A DNA stretch of 64,000 nt. Source: a virus. Location: the IMG/VR virus record IMGVR_UViG_3300019888_000002, positions 1-64,000 of that record. One strand, 5' to 3'. Numbering within the stretch: position 1 is the stretch's first letter; every line of letters begins with the position of its first letter. Below are positions 27,021 through 36,189 of the stretch, in pieces. Position numbers and translations under genes: made by a program. The notes under the pieces were generated by a model. The model was given only the letters and a program-made list of their open reading frames with translations. It did not search any database and was not told the origin of the DNA.

Positions 27021-27054
27021 AGAAGCGCCTCAGGTCCGGACCCGAAGCGCTTCT
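27021..27054. terminator. Hairpin between the ATPase and the convergent RNA candidate
   Basis: AGAAGCGC / GCGCTTCT inverted repeat. Confidence 0.5.
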
Positions 27055-27107
27055 CCACTGTGCATCCTCTTCGTCAGGCTATGACCTCTGACTATCGCCG
27101 AACTCTA

Positions 27108-27395
27108 GGTCTTCTTCCCCTGGGGGTCAGTGCCGGATGGATGAATCCGCCCCCAGGATGCACCTGCTCGTGAGGTTCTCGGAACCTCAGGCAGACTTCC
27201 CAGCGTGTGAGGAGAGGCCCGGTTGCGTCCGGGTCGGGGCCGTCGGCGACCGAGCCTCTCCAGGCCCTGACTCATGTGCTGCTCCAGCGGAGATGGCGGG
27301 CCAATCCCTCCGTGGCGGCTCTTGGCTTGTCCGAGATGGGCCAAGTCGGTGATCTTTCGGGCCGAAACCTCGAGCGCTCGGAATCACGCAAGACC
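27108..27395 (-). ncRNA. Candidate ~290-nt structured non-coding RNA, family unknown
   Basis: Starts just downstream of a TACAGT -10 motif; 5' GGTCTT pairs with 3' AAGACC; six consecutive helical domains with 5-8-bp stems; no credible ORF. Confidence 0.6.
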
Positions 27396-27537
27396 ATTAC
27401 TGTACTACACCTGAGCCAGCCACCGGAAGAAACCGACGGTAGCGGCAACCAGCAGCGGCACATTGACAACCAATGGGTCTATAGGGGTACAGTACTAGGA
27501 CATCTATCGGACACAATCGAGAAAGAGAACCCCCACA

Positions 27538-27978
27538 ATGAAAACAGGTATGCGTGCAGTGAGTCTGAGTCTGATCACGTTGGTCATGGGCGCGGCCGGG
27601 ACGGGGATAGCCTCGGCGGCCCCGGTGGAGAGAGCTGTCGTCTCCCCTGCCGAGCAGAACACGGCGTGGAACACCTTCGGCGAGGAGGTCGCTCTCGGTA
27701 CGGCTGTCGGCACCCCTCTGGGTGCTGCTGCCGGGATCGTCCCCGGAGCGGTCATCGGAGCCGGGGTCGGGTGTGTTGCTGCCGGTCTGCTCGCCGGAGT
27801 CGTCATCCCGGTTGCCGGTTTGGTGTTCGCACCGAGTGCGTGCCTGACCGCTGGACTGGTCGGTGCGGGTACTGGTGCCGCTCTGGGGGCTGCGCTCGGC
27901 GGCGCTCTCGGTGGTGCTGCCGGTGCCGGTACTGCCGCTGCGCTGGGGGCCAATCAGCTTCAGGACAAGCTGAAATAG
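27538..27978 (+). CDS. Secreted glycine-zipper protein
   Basis: Signal peptide ending ASA-APV; long GxxxG array; TTGACA..TACAGT promoter upstream. Confidence 0.8.
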   Translation: MKTGMRAVSLSLITLVMGAAGTGIASAAPVERAVVSPAEQNTAWNTFGEEVALGTAVGTPLGAAAGIVPGAVIGAGVGCVAAGLLAGVVIPVAGLVFAPSACLTAGLVGAGTGAALGAALGGALGGAAGAGTAAALGANQLQDKLK

Positions 27979-28012
27979 TTCGCGTCGGTCGGGCAATCGA
28001 AGGAGGTTCGCG

Positions 28013-28207
28013 ATGACATTTTCGCAGAAGACTTCGGCGCAGAAATTCCACGGCGTGCTGGCGCTGTTCCTGATCGTCGTCGTGATATTCGACCTGATCA
28101 GCGGCGTGAACACCGTAATGGAGTGGGTCGGCGCTATCGGGCTGACGGTCTGTGTCGTCTCGGGTCTCTTGTCGTTCTTCCGGGCACCGCGCCCGGATCG
28201 AAGGTAG
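28013..28207 (+). CDS. Small two-TM membrane protein, 64 aa
   Basis: AAGGAGG RBS; two hydrophobic helices. Confidence 0.75.
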   Translation: MTFSQKTSAQKFHGVLALFLIVVVIFDLISGVNTVMEWVGAIGLTVCVVSGLLSFFRAPRPDRR

Positions 28208-28214
28208 GAGAGAT

Positions 28215-28544
28215 ATGAAGATCAGTGTTCTAGGCAGTAGGCGTTCTCTGACGACCGGGATGGTTCTTGCTGCTGCTGCGGTGGGATGTCTGACATTGCA
28301 GGCTTCCCCGGCTCACGCAGTACCGGGTGACGCAGGCAAGTGCGTGACGGGAGCTGTCGTATTCGGTGCCGGTATCGCGGGGACCGCCGCCACCGATGGC
28401 GTAGCAGGGGCATTCGGAGGTCTGGGAGCGATGCTGGGAGGGGAGGAGACCATGCACACAAGCTGCCCTCCGGCTCCGGGTGTGGTTGCCGAGATTCCTA
28501 CGAATCCACTGTTGGTCAAGCCCCATAACGACGGGACAGCCTGA
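28215..28544 (+). CDS. Secreted Gly-zipper protein with two Cys (bacteriocin-like), start revised to ATG 28215
   Basis: AGGAGAG RBS; signal peptide ending AHA; KCVTGAVVFGAGIAG...TSC. Confidence 0.7.
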   Translation: MKISVLGSRRSLTTGMVLAAAAVGCLTLQASPAHAVPGDAGKCVTGAVVFGAGIAGTAATDGVAGAFGGLGAMLGGEETMHTSCPPAPGVVAEIPTNPLLVKPHNDGTA

Positions 28545-28620
28545 GAGAGCCGATGTCGGGTCGGGGCTGACACCTCGGCCCGACATCGAACCAACCGAGA
28601 GCAACGTGAAGGTGGTGGGG

Positions 28621-28851
28621 ATGGAGTTCTGCATGAAGGGTCTGCACAGCTGGACCCCCGAGAATATTACTTTCCACCGTCTCAAGGACGGCGAACTCAA
28701 GCAGACCTGTTTGCCCTGCCGTAGGGCATCGCGTCAGCGCTGGGAGCGGGCGAACCGCTGGAAACGACAAGAGCGAGACCGGCAGCGCGGGGCCTACAAA
28801 GCGAGAACCCCTCCCCGGATCGAGAAGGGGAGGGGTTTCGTCAGCTCTTGA
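28621..28851 (+). CDS. Stand-alone Zn-binding domain resembling the C-terminal module of actinophage HNH proteins
   Basis: CMKGLH..TPEN...QTCLPCRR motif; basic tail; start uncertain. Confidence 0.5.
   Translation: MEFCMKGLHSWTPENITFHRLKDGELKQTCLPCRRASRQRWERANRWKRQERDRQRGAYKARTPPRIEKGRGFVSS
28806..28837. terminator. Bidirectional terminator-like hairpin after the major capsid gene
   Basis: AACCCCTCCCC / GGGGAGGGGTT 11-bp stem. Confidence 0.7.
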
Positions 28852-28865
28852 ACCAGAATGTTAGC

Positions 28866-29864
28866 TCAAGATTTGCGCAATGCAATCAGGCCGCGCGGAT
28901 TTAGGATAGCCATACCTACCAATTCGTCCATCACCCAGCCCTTGTGGAACTGCTCCACCTGGTTGTTCTCTTCGACGTCCAGGCTGTACATCACCGGGAA
29001 CACGCCGAGGAACTCCGGTGCGGGCGCGAGGTACACCGTCCCCTTCGGCACGATGATCGACTTGCCGATCTGGAACTCACCGAACTGCACGATGCGCTCA
29101 CCCGCGACCACACTGTCCTTGAACGCCCAACCGGTGGTGTTGATATCCCACCGGTAGAAGTCGCGGAACTCCGACGGATGGCAGAGGAGTCGGCTCGAGT
29201 CCAACTGCCGGGTGTCGGTGTAGCTCACGGCCGTGTAGAGATCATCGGGCATGAGGTGCGTGCCGGTGATGGTGATCTCGTTGGGCAGGGTGCCGCCGAT
29301 GTTGGCCGTGGAGTCCACCGTGCGGTACTGGACGATGGCCGCCTCGATCAGGGTGACGAGACGTCCGTCCTCCTGCCGCATGATGGCCTGCTTGGTCATG
29401 TCCTGCGTGTACTCCACGATGTTGCTGCGGAGGTAGTACAGGTCTTCCTTCTTGATCTTGGGGAAGCTGGCGATGCGGAAGAGCTGCACCTCCACACGCT
29501 TGCCCTCGAACGGCGTGATCTTGATCTCGCCCTCGTTGCCATGAAGGATGTACGCCTGACCCAGGTCGTCCAGCACGTCGTACTGGATCGGCACGCCGGG
29601 GGTCAAAGCATCTTCCAGCAGCACGTTGCGCAGGATGCCCTGGTAACGAAGCTGAAGCTGGATCGGACCGATCATCGACTGACCGAGCCGGAGGATGCCG
29701 TTCTGCTGATCCGAGACGATCGTGCGTAGCTTCGCCTTCTTCTCGGCTGCGGTCAATGTACGACCACCGAGCTTCTGACGTGCTGCGACAATAGACTTCA
29801 CGTACTCGTCCGATGCCTTGGCGAACCTGCCGAGGCCCGACGCTTCTGCGACTGCGAGTGTCAT
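28866..29864 (-). CDS. Major capsid protein (start revised to ATG 29864, 332 aa)
   Basis: AAAGGAGAG RBS; follows the decoration and protease genes; sequence recalls cluster C capsid proteins (LRYQGILRNVLLED...). Confidence 0.9.
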   Translation of the reverse strand: MTLAVAEASGLGRFAKASDEYVKSIVAARQKLGGRTLTAAEKKAKLRTIVSDQQNGILRLGQSMIGPIQLQLRYQGILRNVLLEDALTPGVPIQYDVLDDLGQAYILHGNEGEIKITPFEGKRVEVQLFRIASFPKIKKEDLYYLRSNIVEYTQDMTKQAIMRQEDGRLVTLIEAAIVQYRTVDSTANIGGTLPNEITITGTHLMPDDLYTAVSYTDTRQLDSSRLLCHPSEFRDFYRWDINTTGWAFKDSVVAGERIVQFGEFQIGKSIIVPKGTVYLAPAPEFLGVFPVMYSLDVEENNQVEQFHKGWVMDELVGMAILNPRGLIALRKS

Positions 29865-29886
29865 TGGCTTCTCTCCTTTCTTTCGA

Positions 29887-30381
29887 TCAGTGGACCAGGA
29901 AGCGGACGACGATCTTGTCCGCACCGACGACGTCGATCAGCTCGAACTGAGCTGTCGCGGCGACGGCCCCGGTGGGGGTGAGTCGGCCCTGAGCATTACC
30001 GGTCAGGTATTTACGGCTGCCGTCGGTCGGCAGCGTCCAATCGCCGGTGGCGTCGAATGCCGGTGCGAGGATCTCGAACGTGGCATCGGGGCCACCGACC
30101 CAGACGGTGAAGTTGCTGTTCCCGGTCGAGCTGATCTCATCGACCCCGAGAACCGGAGCCAGGAAGAGCGCAGCGAGACCGAACGGGACCTGCCCTGTCG
30201 CCGCTGTGAACGGCGTGAAAATCTCTTTGGTCTTCCGGGCCATGACGATGCCGGGAAGGATGTCGAAAGCCTTGTTCCAGGTCGGGTCCAGGAAGCCCGC
30301 GTAGGTCGTGGCCTGATGCTGTGCATACAGGGGACGGATCGTGCGCTTCAAGGCCGGATTGGCCAGTGGTGGACGAAACAT
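29887..30381 (-). CDS. Capsid decoration/cement protein (putative)
   Basis: 164 aa between protease/scaffold and capsid; beta-tulip-like composition. Confidence 0.75.
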   Translation of the reverse strand: MFRPPLANPALKRTIRPLYAQHQATTYAGFLDPTWNKAFDILPGIVMARKTKEIFTPFTAATGQVPFGLAALFLAPVLGVDEISSTGNSNFTVWVGGPDATFEILAPAFDATGDWTLPTDGSRKYLTGNAQGRLTPTGAVAATAQFELIDVVGADKIVVRFLVH

Positions 30382-30429
30382 AAGCTCTTACTCCTCTCGT
30401 GCGAAACGTGGTTGTTGGTGGGTCTTGTC

Positions 30430-33400
30430 TCAGCGCAGGAACAACAGGGAGTCGTTCTCCACGTCGTTATCCGACGCTGCCGTGCGCGGGGCTGCTCCCA
30501 TGGAGGAGAGACCCTGCGGAATTGCACTCTTGACGCTCGACCCTCGAGTAACACCAGCGGTCTTCGTACGTGCGGGAGTAGCTTCCACGACTCGATCCAA
30601 CAGAGCGATCCTGTCCAGAACGGTGGCGCGGGTTGTCTTCTCGAACTGATCGACCAGGTTCCACTTGTCAGCTTCCTTGTCGATCCCCAGCGCGATGTGC
30701 AGCTCGGCGAGTCGTACCGCCTGTGCCGCGCTGGCCTTGCGGACCGCCCCGGACTTCTTCCCGTCACCGGGAGCCCAGTTCTGATCCGTGCTCAGGTCCG
30801 GCTTGGCAACACCGTCTCCGGCGTTGTTCCCGAAGTCGGTCTTGTCGAACTGAGAATCCTGAGCTTCGTCGTCGGTCGTGCCCGAAGTGGGACGTTCCAC
30901 ATCGATCCGACCGTCCGGCGCGGCGACCTCGAGCTTGTCGTCGGCGGTGCGGCGACGGGTACTCGCCCGCACACGCGACTCCTTCTTCTTGTCGTCGGTG
31001 TCTTTGTCGTCGTCGGTGTCGTCTTTGTCTTTGTCGTCGTCGTCGGAGTCGTCCTTCTTCTTGTCGGCGTTCTCCTTGAAAGAATCCGGCAGCTCACCGG
31101 CCCGGCGACGACGAGCGGACTCCTTGGCCTTGTCCTTCTCGTCGTCCTCGGCCTTGGTCCCGGTGGGTCCGTCGTCATCGGGATCAGTGGCCGCACGGCG
31201 GCGCGATGCCTCGAGAACCTGACCCAACTTCGGATACAGCTCGGTGACCTCGACCCGGGCGAGCTTGGCATAGCTGCGTGCCCATTTACGGATGTCGTTG
31301 GTCGACGCGGCGCGCAGGTTGCCTCCCTCACGGGCCACGTAACGCTGGAACCGAGAGAAATGCATGGCTCGGCGCTGCGCCACCAGGTTGCCCGGGGTGT
31401 TGCTGATCGGATCGTCCTCGTTCGGTGCCACGACCGGCTCCGGAGGAGGGGTCTGAGTGACGAAAGCGTCCTCGGCCACACCTTGATCGTTGCGGCTCTG
31501 GTCCGCTCGGCGGGTTCGCGTGCGTCCCATATCCTTGCCTCCGGTGGTGGATCGACGGTTCATCTGTTCTTGTGCAGAAGGGGTACGGTTTCCAGCGCTC
31601 CGGCCACGATTGCCGGTGAAATGGCTGTTGTCGGCTCCCGCAGCCTCGGCGGCGGCCTTGGCTTCGTCCGGGGAACCAGCAGAGCCCTGCTGGATGTAGA
31701 CCCCGCCGGAATCGTTCACACTCCAGCCGAAACTGCCTCCGTTGTTGGTGACCTTGAGGTACCACCCGGACGGCAGATCCTTGACGATGATGACACCGTC
31801 GAGCGGGTTCTCCTCGTAACGCCAGCCCGACGCCGTCTTCTTGCTGGCGACTCGAGGAAGGTTGTTCCAGACCTGCTCGGCCTCGTGCAGGGTTTCTTCC
31901 AGGCTCGGATTGATGTACTCGTGGCCCTCCACGTCATCGTTGGCGGCGTAGTCCCAAATCCAGTAGCCCCAATAGGTGTTGGCATCGAGTTCGCCGTAGG
32001 ACTTGGCCTCGTAGACGTGGATCGAGTACTGACCACCGGGCGCGTAGTTGTACTGGGTGTTGCCATCCAAGACTTCCTTGACCCACGGGATCGAAGCCGT
32101 CTTGGTGGAGCCATAGTGCTCATCGTCGTCATCGTCGTCGTCATAGTTATAGTGCTCTTCGAGCGAAGCACCTTCGGACTTGCCCATTTCGGCATCGTCG
32201 TAGCCGAGCTGAGTCCAATAGGACATACCAGGGAACCGAGTCAGCCCCAACGCCTTGCCCTGATAACCGAACTCGTAGTCCCTGTAAATCTCGTCCCAGT
32301 TGTCATCACGTCCGTGTCCGAGGTCCCCTGAAAATCCACCGTCACTGTTGTTGAAATCGTCAACCATCTGCTGGGTGACAACGGCCTGCTTACGGTTCTT
32401 GCGTGACTTCTTGGTGGAGTCGGCAGCCTGCTTGCGCTTGGCCGTCATCGACTTGAGCGCCTGCTCGGCGGCGTCCTTGGCCGAAGACGTGTCGGTGGCA
32501 ACACCGTGAGCGTAGGTCGAGCCCGAGTACGGGTCCTCGACGTACCAGGCGATTCCTCCACCGACCTGCTCGACCACCTGACCGGACGGACCGACCGGAG
32601 GTGTGGCGTTGGGATTCCAGGTGGAGAAACCCTTGGTGAAGCCGTCGTCCACGGTGAACCAGGTGACTGCGGCCGTCTTGCGGCGCTTGGCGAACAAAGC
32701 GCCCTGGCCCCCACCGAGAGCCTCGAGTTGCTGCTCAGCCCACATCTTGGCCTCCTCGACCGTGGCGAAAGTTTTCTCTGCGACCGTGCGATCCCATTCG
32801 TTGGGGTAGATCGAGCACAGGTGCGGGGTGGGGTCGTCATCGAACCACTGATCGATCCGGGCGAACGGGGCCTCGGTATCGGTATTGAGATTGGTACCGG
32901 GAAGGGTGCCGATCGACTCGTCGCCGTTGTCACTCCATTCGAGAGAGGCCGTCTTCTTGCTGGCCCACAGGTGAGCGTTGTCCGGGTCGTTCCACCCGCC
33001 AGCGTCCAAGAACGTATCGGTCACATTCTGATCCCATCCTCGGCTCTGACCGAAATCACGCACATGCTGCGGGGAAGCTGTGCCCGGCAGATCGAGCGAG
33101 CGGAGATGCTCACTCAGCTCGTCCCACTTGCCCTCGTTGTGGTACTGCTCGAACGAGTTGGCGATATGCGGGACGACGAGCGGCTTGTGCAGCGCGGTCC
33201 GGCGAGGAACGGTCATAACAGATTCCTTCTTCTTCGTGTCCGACTCGTCGGCCTTGTCATCGTCATCGTCTGTGTCGTCGCGGGGGTCTTCGGCTTCGTC
33301 GTCCGACGGGTGTTGCACCTCGAGGTTCTTCTTCAGGTCGGGGTCCCTCAGCTCCGGGGGAGACTCCACGAACTGATGGAACTCGGACTCGTCCTCTTCA

Positions 33401-34290
33401 TCGCGTAACGTATCGACCCGCTCCGGGGATTCGATCTCCCCATATGCCTTCTTGGAGAGGTTGGCTACCCGCCAGTTCGGGTTGGCCATCTCGAAGGTCC
33501 GGCGATGACTCTCGGAGCAGTAGTCGTAGGCGGCATGAGTGCCGGAGGTGTGAACCCACCGGTCGGTGTCGGACTTCTTGGCCCAGCGCTTACAGCCGGG
33601 AAGGTCACAGAGCACCCGGCCGGGCGCGGCACCGACTCGACGGCTGGCGGCGATCACGTTGGAGGTGAGCGCGGTCTCGTCGGCGGGGTCGAACACATAA
33701 CTCAGTTCGAAGAATCCGATGCCCCGGCATTCTTCGTAGACGAGCTTGCCGTCGATCGTCTGCCCCTTGTGATGAAGCACGTGATCGCACATGTCGAACA
33801 TGTCGGTGGCCGTGTTCCCACACACCGAGCAGATTGTCAGTGCAGCAACGCATCCCATGGACACGGCATCGATGCCACCCTCTTCCAGCTCCTTGGCCAG
33901 CTTCGGGTACTTCTTCGCGCTGACTTCCTGGATGACCTGGATGTACTTGTCGGTGCCGTTCTCCACATACCGAGAACCGATCACCCGGCCACGTGCCTTG
34001 CTGGCGTCGTCGTTGGCATGGTTCACGAACAACGGCTTGCCGAGGAAGGTCTTGTACGCGGCTTTGAGTTCCGAGGACGGGAAGCCGTCGAAGTTCTGGT
34101 TGATCCGCGCCGAAATTGCCCTCGTGACGGTGTAGATATGACCCTCGCGCGGGACGAAGCCGTCGACCAAAGCGGAGTCAGGGTAGCTCTGCCAGGTGGC
34201 GATCAGATCACGAGCGGCCTCGATCGAGGACGCAGCGTGCTTGATACGACCTCGAACGCTGTTGGCCTTCTTCATCGTGTCGACGCTCAA
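30430..34290 (-). CDS. Prohead protease/scaffold polyprotein, 1286 aa, with inserted modules
   Basis: N-terminal protease-like domain (FVNH...GRV...SMG...CSVCGN...FFELSYVFDPAD), modular middle, acidic/basic linker, helical scaffold-like C-terminus. Confidence 0.8.
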   Translation of the reverse strand: MSVDTMKKANSVRGRIKHAASSIEAARDLIATWQSYPDSALVDGFVPREGHIYTVTRAISARINQNFDGFPSSELKAAYKTFLGKPLFVNHANDDASKARGRVIGSRYVENGTDKYIQVIQEVSAKKYPKLAKELEEGGIDAVSMGCVAALTICSVCGNTATDMFDMCDHVLHHKGQTIDGKLVYEECRGIGFFELSYVFDPADETALTSNVIAASRRVGAAPGRVLCDLPGCKRWAKKSDTDRWVHTSGTHAAYDYCSESHRRTFEMANPNWRVANLSKKAYGEIESPERVDTLRDEEDESEFHQFVESPPELRDPDLKKNLEVQHPSDDEAEDPRDDTDDDDDKADESDTKKKESVMTVPRRTALHKPLVVPHIANSFEQYHNEGKWDELSEHLRSLDLPGTASPQHVRDFGQSRGWDQNVTDTFLDAGGWNDPDNAHLWASKKTASLEWSDNGDESIGTLPGTNLNTDTEAPFARIDQWFDDDPTPHLCSIYPNEWDRTVAEKTFATVEEAKMWAEQQLEALGGGQGALFAKRRKTAAVTWFTVDDGFTKGFSTWNPNATPPVGPSGQVVEQVGGGIAWYVEDPYSGSTYAHGVATDTSSAKDAAEQALKSMTAKRKQAADSTKKSRKNRKQAVVTQQMVDDFNNSDGGFSGDLGHGRDDNWDEIYRDYEFGYQGKALGLTRFPGMSYWTQLGYDDAEMGKSEGASLEEHYNYDDDDDDDEHYGSTKTASIPWVKEVLDGNTQYNYAPGGQYSIHVYEAKSYGELDANTYWGYWIWDYAANDDVEGHEYINPSLEETLHEAEQVWNNLPRVASKKTASGWRYEENPLDGVIIVKDLPSGWYLKVTNNGGSFGWSVNDSGGVYIQQGSAGSPDEAKAAAEAAGADNSHFTGNRGRSAGNRTPSAQEQMNRRSTTGGKDMGRTRTRRADQSRNDQGVAEDAFVTQTPPPEPVVAPNEDDPISNTPGNLVAQRRAMHFSRFQRYVAREGGNLRAASTNDIRKWARSYAKLARVEVTELYPKLGQVLEASRRRAATDPDDDGPTGTKAEDDEKDKAKESARRRRAGELPDSFKENADKKKDDSDDDDKDKDDTDDDKDTDDKKKESRVRASTRRRTADDKLEVAAPDGRIDVERPTSGTTDDEAQDSQFDKTDFGNNAGDGVAKPDLSTDQNWAPGDGKKSGAVRKASAAQAVRLAELHIALGIDKEADKWNLVDQFEKTTRATVLDRIALLDRVVEATPARTKTAGVTRGSSVKSAIPQGLSSMGAAPRTAASDNDVENDSLLFLR

Positions 34291-34350
34291 GAAACTTCCC
34301 TTCCTTCGCCTCTTCTGACTCCGGCCGTGCGGGAATCCATGGTGGATCGG

Positions 34351-36189
34351 TCACAGGAGATAGTGCGTGCCCTCGAGGCTCAACTCTTTGGGGTCCAACG
34401 GAGCCCCGTCGGCCGATGCCTCATTGATCAGTGCCTCCTGCTCGGAGAAGGTGTAATTGCGACCGGCCACCTTGGGCACTCCACCCATCAGATAGGCCAA
34501 CGGGTCCCCCTGATCGCTCACAGCGGCTTCACGAGTATCCACAGCGGAGAACATGGCCAGCGCGGGATCGTCGGCCTCCACCGGGGCCGAGCTGGACCCC
34601 GTGGACCCGGCCAGCGGGTCCATGTTGCCGAACGCCTGAATCGAATCCAGGGATGCCTCCCGGAAATCGTGATCCTCGGAGGCCGCCATCACCGGATTGA
34701 TCCCCGGCACGTTCACCCGTTCCATGCGAGAGCGTTCGTGCCGCTCGACATAGGACTCGCTGGTGTCGATGTCCGGTGCGTCGACCGCGCCGGAACCCTG
34801 GAAAGGCTCATGATTCTCGGGTTCGTAGAGCCCGCCGCAGGCTTGCACCTCGATCGCCGCCGTCAGGTTGTCGGCGTTGTACCCGCGTGCGCGTAAGACC
34901 TGCACGATCCGGCTCATCTCCCGATTGCGCTCCTCGTTGTGCTGCGGCCGGTTGTTCTCGGCACCGAGCGCACGGAGACGTTCCAGCAGCTGCTGATCCT
35001 CGGGATCGATCACCCGTTGGATGTCGATGATGGCGGCCATGATGCCGATGGAGCTGCTCACTCCGATCAAACCGTGCTCGGACCGAAGGTCTTCGTGATG
35101 CAGGTGGCCCCCGGCGTCCGGGATGTCGTTGTCATCGAAATGCAGCGAACCCGGCTCGTGTGTGAGGTACCCCGGTGCGGGCTCGTAGCCCCTCCGTCCG
35201 GCCGTGTTCTGCATGTCGGCATTCGGGTCCTGGTCCTGCGGTTGACCCATGTCGCCCTCGGCATCGGCGGCGGGAACGGGCTCACTGCGGCCCTCACCGT
35301 CGGCCTCGACACTGCGAGAGGCATACCAGGCCGGGGTCTTGTCCTTCTTCTGATGCTGACTCCGCAGCTCGAGATAGGCAGCATAGGCATGGCTGCACAA
35401 CCGGCCGACGAAGGTGAACTTACGTTTGAACGCCCACTTGCCCCATTCACAGGTGCAGTCCCACTCCGAGATCGAACTGTCCCCCGCCATCGCGCCGGAA
35501 CGGACCACGATCGTCTCGTACACCCCGTGGTCCCCCATGACATAGGCGTAGATCGACTGCGGAGTGGCCCCGATGACCTCCACCTGACCGTCGTTACGGA
35601 TACGCACGCCCTTGGCGCGTACGTCCTTCCACGCTGCGGTGCGGATATCGGCATCGGCGGCGAGAAGATTCAGGTAATTGGCGGTGTGCTCATCGATCTC
35701 GTGACCGTCACCGGCATGATGAGCGAACTGGAGGTCCTGAGCGAGCCGGACCGGGTTGTGACGCAACCGGGAGATGATCGAGTCCTTGTCGAACTCCTCC
35801 GGCACGGCAGCGAACCGGGCATCCCGGCTGCCGTAGGTCTCCTCGGTCGACGCCTCGGCGAACAGGTGCCCGGCCGGTGCGGGCTCGGCGGCGTACGGGC
35901 GTTCCTCGAAGGTCAACGAGTCGGACGGGCGCAACCGCTTGTCCGGGTCGATTCTCATGTCTCCGAGCGGCTGCTGATAGACCTCCGAAGGCCATTGCGG
36001 GCGAGGATCGTAGGGCAACGTGGTGGTGTTGCTCCGGTTCACCTCCGGAGGGTTCTCATCGAACTGGAGCAGGGCGGCATCGATCCAGATCTCGAAGCCC
36101 TCACCTGCGACCTTGTGGGTCGTACGACCGTGGACGGTCTGTGTTTCCACGACCTCCCCGAGGCCGTAGGAAGTGTGCACCTTAGACAT
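34351..36189 (-). CDS. Head-region protein with SWIM-type zinc finger, 612 aa
   Basis: WDCTC...LCSH (CxC-xn-CxH); between portal and protease. Confidence 0.75.
   Translation of the reverse strand: MSKVHTSYGLGEVVETQTVHGRTTHKVAGEGFEIWIDAALLQFDENPPEVNRSNTTTLPYDPRPQWPSEVYQQPLGDMRIDPDKRLRPSDSLTFEERPYAAEPAPAGHLFAEASTEETYGSRDARFAAVPEEFDKDSIISRLRHNPVRLAQDLQFAHHAGDGHEIDEHTANYLNLLAADADIRTAAWKDVRAKGVRIRNDGQVEVIGATPQSIYAYVMGDHGVYETIVVRSGAMAGDSSISEWDCTCEWGKWAFKRKFTFVGRLCSHAYAAYLELRSQHQKKDKTPAWYASRSVEADGEGRSEPVPAADAEGDMGQPQDQDPNADMQNTAGRRGYEPAPGYLTHEPGSLHFDDNDIPDAGGHLHHEDLRSEHGLIGVSSSIGIMAAIIDIQRVIDPEDQQLLERLRALGAENNRPQHNEERNREMSRIVQVLRARGYNADNLTAAIEVQACGGLYEPENHEPFQGSGAVDAPDIDTSESYVERHERSRMERVNVPGINPVMAASEDHDFREASLDSIQAFGNMDPLAGSTGSSSAPVEADDPALAMFSAVDTREAAVSDQGDPLAYLMGGVPKVAGRNYTFSEQEALINEASADGAPLDPKELSLEGTHYLL

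Noticed and set aside
27108-27395. Identification as tmRNA, RNase P, SRP or a self-cleaving ribozyme
   Set aside because: No tRNA-like ends or tag ORF, no GAGGAAAGUCC, no SRP helix-8 motif, no hammerhead core recognised by eye; an Rfam search is still needed
29818-32331. 837-aa + strand ORF, and similar long + strand ORFs (65..1624, 4650..6590, 14496..16526, 55788..57605, 58263..60176, 37789..39222)
   Set aside because: Antisense shadows of well-supported - strand genes, a common artefact of high-GC codon bias; no RBS or recognisable motifs
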